Source of the DNA: Promethearchaeota archaeon
GTDB lineage: Archaea; Asgardarchaeota; Lokiarchaeia; Sigyniarchaeales; SOKP01
Direction: 5' to 3'
Assembly (NCBI GenBank): GCA_019058295.1
Contig: JAHPZI010000021.1
Location: forward strand, 32,001-96,000
Length of the DNA stretch: 64,000 bases
Position numbers and translations under genes: made by a program. Below, piece by piece: positions 1-12,000 of this stretch; within the stretch, counting starts at the first letter, position 1, and each line of letters begins with the position of its first letter. Below the pieces are notes generated by a model. It searched no databases and had not been told where the DNA came from. It saw only the letters and a program-made list of their open reading frames with translations.

Positions 1-1
1 A

Positions 2-3000
2 ATTTCAATAGGGAAACCTTATGATTATGTTTTATCTGCTCACGGATTTCCGATTGGGGATTATGTTGATACAACTGATTATTGTGAAGTAAAATCTAAT
101 GAAGATTCAGGCCTCATGCTCAGCTCAGAATCACCATTACCAATAAGAGACTATAGACTTGCATATCTACCTAACGGAAGTAAATATATTTTGTTTAATG
201 AGACAGAAACTAATATTATGTCAAATTATGCAGATAATTATGCGGGTGATGACTATTATATTATGGTAGATTATTGGGCAAATGAGAAATTTTCACACGG
301 TTTAGATTATGATATACTAGAGTATCCAAATAATGCGACAGCTTATATCAAATGGAAATATAGATCATCTTCATCTACATCTTTTACCTTACATCCTGAC
401 CTTAGTTCAAATTCAAGTTTTAGTGTGTATTATTCCGCACTCCAATGGGCATTTCAAGATGCAAGATACATAGATACTAAGACAGACTTAATTATTTTTA
501 ACCCTACGAAAACTTCTCAGATTTCTGTTCCTTATGATGAGGATGCCACAGAAGAGACCTTTAGTATTCAAAACATCGTTCCCGAAGATCAATATTTAGA
601 TTCCTCTATTTTCACTCATATAACAATGACAATCTGGGATGGTCAATACCCTGATTCAATTCAAGAATATAAACTTAATACTATTATTAGTGGGTTGATC
701 GAGCCAAAGATTCCAGAGGACCCCGAAAATCCAAAGTATTATTTCTACACGCTTGATTTTGATGTTTTAAAAGATCTCCTTTCAGATGTTAAGGCAGGCT
801 ATACAATCATCCCTTATACATATGTTAGCGTTGGCGTTCAATTCATTCCTGATCAGATGAGATATCCATTATCTACAACACCAATTAACTATCAATATCT
901 TAACTATGAGGTTTCTGATGAAATTCCTAATCCCAGAGACTACGCAATTAAGCTTACTATTCCTGATGATGATAATTCTCCTGATGATAGGGATATATTC
1001 TATTCATATGAAGATCCTGATGATGATCACCCAAATTTTCATGATTATGTTAATAAAATTAAAGATAATTGGATTTATTTTAATGATGTTAATATACCTG
1101 ATGGTCAAGAGATATATGTCGAGTATACTTATAAACTTAGTTGCGGTCTCCTCGAAAAGAAACATTTTACTATGATTACCTATCCTTGGACGCGGGCATT
1201 TGACACCATATTAGGTGATGTACTTCAAGATACTTCAAGCGATTCTGGAATAACATATCGCGAAAGATACCGGAAAACGAGTGGAGGTTCTATAATTACT
1301 CCTTTTGAATATAGTCTTTCAGCAGAAGATACATATTCTCTTTACTTGAGTTATCGTCTCAATTCTCGAGAGAACATGGACCTAAAGATACCAATGGATT
1401 ATGCTAAATATGTTGAAATCCCTAATGATTATAATAAATATTACGTTTTTGACCTCTTTAGATATGGTTTTGAAGCGTATCTTGATATTGTTGAGAATGA
1501 CGAAATAGTGGTTTATTATTATAATAAATTTGGACAGAAATTCTTTTTAGATGAAAGTTTGTGGGAAATTAATTTTGAACTTAATACTATAAAAATATTT
1601 ACTGATAAGACTGGGCAAGGAGGATATGATAGAAATCCTATAACGAATCCTAATCCAAATATGCCTCATGAATTTTATGTATCATTTAATACTGGTTCAG
1701 GAGATAAGGAGTATTACACTCATAGATTTTCATACAATCCAAATGATCCAATTGAGTTTTCATTAGATGTAAGTAATTGGGAATTAAAGAACGGAGATAG
1801 ATTGGGCGTGATCCCTAATCTAGGAGGATACTACTTTATGAATGAAGATGAAAGTTCATATACAGAGATGGTTTGTCACGCCTCTCAGATTTCCTCATAT
1901 ATAAACGATGGCCAGAGCTTGATATTTGATATGCATACCGAGTTTATGGAAATGGATTATAGTGATCTGCTTCAAGATATTCGTTCGGGCGAATTCCTTT
2001 CTCTTTATATTCAAGCTAATATGATAAATTATGAAAGTTTAGAACGATTGGAGATAAATTTAAGGACATTAGGAACGCCATCGGTTATCTTTTCAACACA
2101 GGTAATGACACGAGAAGAGCTGATGATGAATGATTTTGCCATAAAGATTGATTTTCCTTTAGGTTCTCCTGATTTACAAAATATAGGATCGATTGAATTT
2201 GTCCCCATTTTCAGAACAGATGAAGAATATTCAGTTGGTGCAGAATCAGTAGGTATTCCTCATTTTCAAGATATTCAGTGGAGTGAAGAGAGCGCATATT
2301 ATGATGAAGACGGAAATAAATTTATGTCTATAATCTTGGAAGAAAAATTGATGGCTATTCCAGATGTTGCTTATTTGTTTAATACAAGACTTGATCATCT
2401 CAAACTCCCAGAAGGAGTAAAGGTCACATCATATTCTCAAAATGACGTTTTTGGGTCTGAAGAATATATCTTAGAAATTCCTAGTACTTATATTAACCCA
2501 GAGAGCCCAGAAGGAGTAAAAGAGATTTTAAGTTTTAAGGATGGAGAAAATATAATTATTCGTTATTATTCTCCAGTCGAGAAAGGCTTAAGTCTTACAA
2601 TCGGAAAATTATATTTTGATAGTAAGCCATATGGCTATGATTCCGAGAATCCAGTCGCAGAATTTATGCTAGTAAACGCAGACAATTCCTCTGATTATTT
2701 GAATTTTACAGATAATTATTATTTATCAATTCCAATAGATATGACTCCATTTAATACGGAGTTTATGGGCTCATATAAAGCAATAAGATATGACTTTAAT
2801 TTAATAGACAATCTTAAAGGTTCTTTTGGAGATGCTGAAGTTGTCGGTACTCATGGAACTAATATAAGATTTGTCGATGAGGCTGAACTTTATGATGCAG
2901 AATGTATTATTATTGATGAATGGCAAGGAAAAGAGAAAGTTATTAGACTTCAAGGAGATGGGTCTGCTACTGGAGAGATGCCTTACATTGGTCATAGAAG

Positions 3001-6000
3001 GATTCAAGACACTTCAGGAACCATCGAGTTTTTGATTGGGTCTAATGACGTTTCTTCGAATTATGTATTTGGGGTAGGTGAGGAGGGAGTTGCTTTTGTC
3101 GGGCTTATCTGGATTCAAGGCTCATATTTATATTACCAAGATGAGAATTTTGATCTTCAAAAGATTCAAGATGATCCGATTCAGAATAATGTCTTTTATC
3201 ACATTAAAATAGAATACCATGACACTACTAACACTTGGGATATTTATGTAGATAACATGATTGTTCCAGAGGTTGAGGGTGCTCTAACTACTATGCCTCA
3301 AGTTGACGGAGTTGATGGTTTTATGCTCCAAAATCAAGGGGATTCATCAGATTATCTTTATTTGACCGATTATAAAGATGATCAAGGCTTTAATTGGGGA
3401 GAATTAATTCAAGTTGATGAAGTTGATGATTTCTCTCATATTGTTATTTCAATGCCTTATCTTTCTGATGAATTAACATTAGATTCAATGATTATTCAGC
3501 GAAATACAGAAGATATATCCCCCGACTATATTGCAACTGATGAGAGGGTTTGGGAATATACATCTTTAAAGACATTCATCTCAGGAGAGGATCCTTCGAC
3601 TGATGAATATTATTTTAATATCCCATCAGATATTTTCGGAGGTGAAGATTGGTTAGATTACTTACTCATTTCAGATGAGAATTATAACCATTATCAAGCA
3701 ATTATTGTAGAAAATGATGATCCTGAGAAAAATACAGACGATTATCAATTAATTTGGAATCCTTCAGGCGGGTATTTTGAATGGAATGATGGATTTGATA
3801 AGTATTCTGAATATTTTGGCATGTTAATTGAAGCACCAGAAATAATAGAGAACAATACAGAACTGAGCATAGAGTATTGTGTAGAAGATTCTTGGAAGGA
3901 GCCAATAATTCTTAGCTATCCAAATATAGTTTATGATACTGTTGATATAATTTATGATTATGACTCTTTACTAACACCTCATTACGAAGAATGGTATGGT
4001 GAATTTCACGAAAATTCAGACTATGATTATGAAGTTGTCCAATATTATCCAATAAAATTTACGATATATACCGAAATCAATGATTATACACTTAATATAG
4101 AAGAAAAGCTTGGGATAGAGGATTTATCCACTAATGATTTTATCAATTTGTCCATTTGTAAGGTTACTGGTCTTAATGCTACTTTAGATGATACAATACT
4201 TGATTGGTCTTACGACTCTACAACAAAAGATATTACTATTACTAATCCAGATCCATCAAACGGATATCTAAATCAATTTGATATTATCATAGTAACTTTA
4301 AACTTTTCAGCTGGACCTGTTTCTCATTCATCTGAAATAATCTTTTCAGATGAGTTTTATCAGACTTATTTAAGTGAGCAAACTGATACTGGATATCAAA
4401 CTCTATATGACACATTCTATGATCTTTTTTCTATTGAATTTCAATTTAAGACTACAATAGGGGAATATTTATTTGTTGCAGATTCAGAGGCAATTATTCA
4501 AGGATATGCGTTTGAACCTATCGATTATTCGAAAAATACTCTATTAACTAATGTAAATAATATTAACACGATTACCCATTATTATTATGCTTCATATCTT
4601 AGATTTGATATTTTTGAAAACGAATTCAATACAATTTATCAAGCAGATATTGATATGGATGGGACTCCCGAATATAAGCAAGAGATCGATTCGGATAAAG
4701 ACGGAAGAATTGATATAACCAAGTATGGTATTGAGGATCCAGAAAATCCTTTGGATGTACTATGGTATCTCATTATTCAAGACTATGAGACAACTTCGGT
4801 GATGAAAGAGAAAAGAGTAGAACCCGAGTCTCGTACAGAATGGTTTGATATTGATGATAAATTATTTGCCACATACAAGTTTTCATGGAAAGAATTCGCT
4901 GAGGGTATAATAGGGGATATTGAAATAGACCCAATGGAACTTATTGAAGTTCTACAAAAGGATCCCATTGCTCAATTGAAATTTTTTGCTGATATTTTCA
5001 TAGAAGGGCTGATAAATTTATTAAATACTTTAGCATCAGCATTTGGGGCGCCTGATATGGACTATTGGGCACAAAAATCTTTGCAACAATACTATGATCA
5101 GGAAACTACGATAACATCAAAGTATTATAGTATAACAACTGATAGAGATTTAGATGGATATACCGATTCTCAATATATCTATGAAATGAAAGATATAAAA
5201 ACAGATTTAGAGGTTACTAGCGTTGAAGAGACCATCTTAGCAGCTCGGCAGTATAAATTTATGGATCGCCTTTCAGAATATATAGCGAAAGTTATTGCTG
5301 AATGTTGTGATATTGTTCAATGGGTTGCTAGTCTCTGTAGTACAAGTTCTCAGTTTGATCCAAGGACTGATGGAGCAGCATTACATTTCAAGGAAGATCC
5401 TATATTTAATGATAAACTTACAAAAGAAGATTTAGAAAGAGGTCATGTTTCGCATGCCTCACTTAGTAGTTCTTTTGTTGAGTACCATAAAACCACTTTG
5501 ATGCTCTATTCCACAGAACAGGTTTCTGAAACAATTACCGTTCAAGATTGGAATCAAGGAGAGATTGAAGAAACGAGAGTATATGAAGATAAATTTTATA
5601 ATAATTATCGTGATCTTTATGAAGGAGACGATATATTAATAAAGAATCTTGCAACAAATCAACTACAATCAATTTCCTCAGATGTGGGATTTCCAGTTTC
5701 AGAACCAGAATCGCTTGAGTGGGATGTTCCAACATGGGAAGAAAGGGGATACGACTCAATACCAGTCAAATACGATTCATTAACGATTACTGGTGAAGGA
5801 GAATCTGACACAGGAGAATCCACCACAATAAATTACTATGAGAAAGAAGTCAAGATTGTAATACCAAACCGTTATTGCCTTGCTGATGATTACCTAAAAA
5901 CGATACCTGAGGAAAGAACAGATGAAGGCAATGCAGAATTTGATGTAACCGGAATTTTTATAACTCCGAATAGTGGTAAAGTGTATTATACCAGCGATAA

Positions 6001-9000
6001 GGAAACATACAAGAAAGGTGAAGCAAAAACTGAAGGGCATTATCTTTATTATGACTCTGATCTTAACGGTTTTTACGAAACCGTCTATATTTTAGAGCCC
6101 GAATCTGGAGGCAAATACAAAGTGATGGCAATAGGTTATAATTATGATAATGATCATAAATTCTCTCCTTATTCTAGAGTAGATACAGGTACAACCATAG
6201 AGGATTCTTTTGATAGAATCTCAGATATGACTTTCCATTTTATTAGATTCTGGAGATATCATATGGGACGCTTAAAAAATTGCGAATTGTTATTTCCAAA
6301 AGAAAATTATGATGGATATCAAGCGAGGGATACGATTTTTTCCATTTCAAAATTAGTTAATTATGAGAAAGGCACACCCAAGACAGAGCTTTTTTATGAA
6401 GTCCGGCATAAGGTATATGATGATTTATGGGAACAATATAAAGGAGATTTCTATGATAGTCTCGGTGAGCAAGTATTAATGTTAATAGTTGCTACAGGTC
6501 TTCAGACTGTAGTTAAGGTTGCCTTTGATCTAGCAACTTATCAGACAGCAGGTAAATGGTTTGGTAGAGCTACATTTATATTTGTTTACACTTTAATGTC
6601 GAAATATTTTATGGATAAAAAGATGCACGAAGCGCAAGCTCTGCAACGAGCTTTTACATTTCATTCTATTGAGCATGATAGACGGAATCCTAAATCTATT
6701 AATGAAAGAGCATGGGGTGATAAGCTTATCGGCGACTCAATGATTGCGGCGATCATCGGTCATCCAAATGCATATTACAGTACTGCTTTTGGCGTAAATA
6801 ATGAAAATGGACGAGAATATACTGCGGATGTTCTTGTATCGCCACCAAATCCTTATAGAATGTATGATGCTGCTGGCATTATCGCATTCCTTGGCGCTAA
6901 TATAGGCGCATCTATGGTTTCTCTATTTCCAATAGTGATCGGGACACTTGCAAACTGGATAGCAAGTATCGTAGGTGGAGAAGTTTATACGGAGGCACAG
7001 ATGCAAGATATTATTTTTAAGATGGATCCTGATATGATGGGCTCATTAGAATTCGATGATGTTAATTTAGACTATTCTCTTCTTACTAATGAATTATTTG
7101 CATTACCTTTTATTACAAGCGAAGAAAAAGGTACTCGAACATATGGCTATTTTGAGTATTCCGGTCGTGGTGGGGGTGGAGATAATTTTATGAAACAGAG
7201 TTATAGATACAATACTCTTGGGTATCTTGAACATCAAATTGAAGAAAGGACATCGGGCGATTTGGATACCATACGAGCTGTCTGTGTTAACGGCAAACCG
7301 TATTATGAATTTGTAAATTCAGGAGATCCAGAAACCTTTACGAGTTTACCAGCAAGTCCGTTATATCAACCAATTGTCTTAAGCAAGAAAAGATATAACG
7401 AATTGAATAATGAGAAATTGAAAGGACATATGTACGTTGTAGCTCGGGCGAGAGCGGCAGAAGAGACTCGTGGAATAAATCCATATGATTTAACAATTTA
7501 TGAAAAAGAATTTTATAAAGCAAAAATCCCACTAAAATATACATTTAATTATCCTATTGATTCTGTAACAATTGAAGTTAGACGAGTTCGAAACGATCGT
7601 CTTGAAGACGAAATAAAAGTAAAATCTTCATATTACGTATTAGATGGAGGACATCTTTATTTTACTGAGACTCTTGATCAGATTATAGAAGAGGATATTG
7701 ACGGATGGCGATCTTGGCAAATATATGATGATTATTATTATTTAATTCATATTGAATTTTATCGATTTGTTGCCATGGATGATTCTGAAGAACAAAATCG
7801 CCTTGCGTTAACTCAAGCCACTTCTTATGCAATTAGTGATTATTTTAACCAATATGAATATGCTGCAACCGGAGCAAGTATGATTGCCGAACTAGCTTTT
7901 ACAATTCAAATAACGACACTCTCTACTGCTATTACATATCCTTTTATGGTTCTTACTGAGTCGGCTTCGAAGGCGGCTGAAGAGAGAGGGAAGACGAAAG
8001 GATTGATAGAAGCTGGAGTTGCAGATACTGGGCAAAAAGAAATATATGAAGCTGGATATAAATGGCTTTTAAAACAATTTATAAAAATGGCATTTTCCAA
8101 AAAGACTCTTCTAAAATTTGCGAAGGCAGTAGTAATGGAGACGCTTGAAGAAATTACCATTGACTCATTATTCGAAACAGCAATACCTGAATTAGTAAAC
8201 ACTTTCGGCGGGACAGATTATATTGGACAATGGTTATCTTCTCTTGCACAATCTATAAGAGAGCAAATACCCTGGGGACGTCTTATTGGAATAAATAAAC
8301 CTGATTTGGATATTCTTCAAGTAGTTACTGATTATATGGCAAATGACGAGTCTATAACAGAGAAAGTAGCACAATATAAAATAAAATATAAAGAAGAGAA
8401 GAGTGAAGAAGCTCGTAAGAAATTACAGAAAGAATTTATAAAACAACTTGTGAAACATATGGATGCCAAGTTCAAGCAGAAAGGTATTGCTGATTTGATC
8501 CTAGATTTAATTTTGAAACAAATAAGGAAAGGAACTCTTAAAGGTTATACTTATCAACAAGCTATAATGTATTTCAATACTTGGCTGAAAGCCAATAATG
8601 CTGATCTAGTAAACAAGTTCTTAAAGATAGGACAAGATGATTTCGGAGAGATCCCTATACCAGCTATGAGTGCTGAAGCGATTGATTTTATCAGCACCAT
8701 TGTTCAGAAACTAAAACTTCCTAGAGTTGTGCAAGCTGTTGTTATCCTCAATAATCGTATGTTAAAGCATCAAGTATCTCCTGATTTGAAAGTAGCAGCT
8801 AAGATGAACGAACGTATTAAGAGTACTCTTGAGGAGACACTAGCGCCCGAATTCCGAAAGAAAAAAGAGCAAATGCATCTATTCGACAAAATTGAAAACA
8901 TGAAGCAAGGGCAATCAAGTTTAGATACTATCGATAGGGCTTCAAAAGTGGCAGAGGGCATGGAGAAAGCAAGAGCCGAACAACCTAAAGGAATTGGTGT

Positions 9001-12000
9001 ACGTCTTGGCGAGGCACTTAGAGGAATACAGAAACTTGCCGAGTATATAGACCCAAGATCTAGGGTAATCAGGGGGAAAACCGAAGAAAAATCAATAGGT
9101 TGGATATTTGAGCTAACGGAAGAGATGAAGAAGGCAGGGAAGATCAGAGTGAAAGACCTTTTTGCCAAGATTAGAAAGGAGCATAATGTCTTTAAGGACG
9201 CCAATGGTAATGACATCCCAATAGCAATAGAGATTTTAGGTGAGATAATAGGGGTACAGCTTGAGGTCGGGGGTGAGATTTACCGTCAGACCATTGAGAC
9301 GAAAAATGAGGATGGTAAATGGGAACAAATGACAGTTACAGGAGATACGGATTGGCAGAAGGTTAAAGATTTTCTAAACTTTAAGACTGATCCAGAGAGT
9401 ATGAAGAATAAAGAAAATCATATTATTGTTCGAGTCGCTGAGCGAGATCAGAATGGTCAATGGGTAATCTCGGGCATGCCCGAATTTACGGGAAGAGATG
9501 TAAGAGCTTCTTGGGTCTATAAGGATTTACCTGCAGCGCTTAGATTTAGAGCTGAGAACAGTCATCTATTCGGAGGTATAAGTACTTTTGACAGCATTTT
9601 TAATACTCGAAAAAGAGCGGAATTATTGAATAAGTTTGCTGAGAATTTTTATGAAAAAATAAAAAAACCAGCTGAAAAGCATTTCAAAGAGCTTTTTGAG
9701 AAATTTTCGGTAGAGGAGGTTTTCAAGAAAATGTTTTTTGATGGTAATGTCTATTCATCCGAAGCTAAGAAGAGGTTCATGGATGAGAACGGTTTATTAA
9801 AGACAAAAGAATGGAATAAATGGGTTAAATTCTGGGAGAAATATTACAAGGATCACTATTCAAAAATGTTTAAAAATACTGATGCTGACACGATGGAATG
9901 GCTTATTAATAATCGTATTGGTGCTGTTATTGCGGATTATATTTCGAGGGAATTTCTTAAAACCGGAAAGGTGCAACCGAGTACCGAGGGGGTTTCATAC
10001 TCAACACAAGATGATATGATTAATAATATGCAAGAGCTAATGAATAGAGATGACTTAGATTTCCAGATTAGAAAGATGATTGCTCATTTTTCTGTAGGTA
10101 AAGGTCAAACAGCACTTTATCAAGCGATTGCTGAGTGTGTTGAAAATGGAGTGAAAGAGGAATCATTAATAGTTAACAATAATCCTGGAGCTTATATTGG
10201 TGCCATTTTAGAAGCACAGTATAAATTTTCTGTCGCTGTGGTGGCCATGGCAGAGGCATTTAAAAAGATTGGATTTAAGGAAATAGATGGCGCATATCAA
10301 TGGATGGAGTATACAAGTTATATGAAATTGCGAGGTGATTTTGTTTCAGATGGATTAAAGGCTTCCAACGAAAAAGACAACAAAATAATTGCTGATCTAT
10401 ATGAGCGTATGCTTAATGCCGACATTAAAGCCTCTAAGTATGCTCCTCAAGACGCCCGAATATTTGATTGTCTAGTTGCCATATTTAGAGAGAGTATTTT
10501 ATCGTTCCATTGTAAGAACACTGGAAAACTGATAAGGAATGGTAAGCTCTCAAAGTCATTATCCAATACTCAATTAAAAGGTTTAGCTGCGGACTCTCTT
10601 TCAACAATATTTCCAGATGTATTTCTTTATTTATTCGAAGAAAATTCCAGACCTGATCGAAAGCATATCTCGGAGTTAGTTGGTCCTGTAGATATAAATA
10701 CAATAAATAAACTTTTAGAACAAAGGGTCGCAATGGATAAACTTTCTAAGGTAATAGGTTCTGATGGGACTCTTAAGGGTCCTGCCGAACAAGCTTTCTA
10801 TCAAGAGATTGTTGAACTTATAAATAAGGAAATAAAGAAGGAGGGAAAGACGACAAAGCAAGAAGTTAAGGACTTAATATTTAAATTAATTAACGATCCA
10901 GATATATATAAAAAATTCAAAGATATAGCTAAAAAGACATTTGGAAAGGATAAAGCAAAGCAGATGGGAACTACTTTTTATTCAGATGCCAGAAACAAAT
11001 TTACCAATTCAAAGGTTCTCGATACATTAATTTGTACATATTCTGGAGGCGTGGAGGTGGTGTGGGTCACTGATCTGGGATTCCATCTTAAGACCGATAT
11101 AACTTTACCTTTTAATTCTTTGCCAAATAACATTAGATATTATGATCCAACTGACTCAAATTTTGTGTCAGACTCAGCTATTCTTACTAAATCTAAATCT
11201 ATTCTTACCAATTCTAAATTTGGCGAACTTATAGAGAGAGGTTTCGTTTTTATGGTGTGTCATATCAGAAACGGTCCTAATCAAGCTGAGAACTTTCTTT
11301 TTGCAATCCCACCTGGGGTTGAATTTGGTAAGATATATGATTCATTTAGCCTTCCAGAGAACGCTTTTGTCGGGTACTATAACAAAGAGGACGGCAAGAG
11401 ATATATTGTACTTTTAAACGATCGCCAAGGAAATGTCTTATTTAATAAGTTTGTTCTGGTGGCAGGGGAGTTTCAGGATTTAGGAGAGAATTGGTACGAG
11501 ACAAACTGGGATGAGGAGGAAAGAGAGATAATATATGAAGGAAGGATAGTGAAAATGAAAGTCTTAGAGTACGTTCGCTCAATGATATGGTCAACCGGTA
11601 AATCGTTCCTTCCTTTTATTCAAGAAGCCGAGTATAGGGTTGTCCCTGTAGATGCCTATAATACACATTTACCCGCAGAAAAAATTTCCCCCGCGACAAA
11701 GAGAAGTAGACTTGAGGTAATACTTAATCCTAATCCAGATCCAAAGACTTTAGAGAAGCTAAAGAGTCTTGCTACCGTGCTTTATCAGATGACCGGAACA
11801 ATTAGCCTAAGGCGAAAAAGAGCAGAAGTTAAGCAATTATTTTACACGAATGATTTTCTTAATCTTTTCAATGATGGAGAACTATATACTATTCTTGGGT
11901 TCAGCGAAATCATAAGAAAGGGATTAGCACCAAGAGATGGAGATTTCATTAATACTCCGGGTAATGTACTTTATGATCCTAATCTCGCTACTGATTGGCT

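Noticed and set aside
8770-9216. 148-aa minus-strand ORF and other short ORFs inside the giant gene
   Set aside because: Antisense or out-of-frame shadows with no protein-like motifs.
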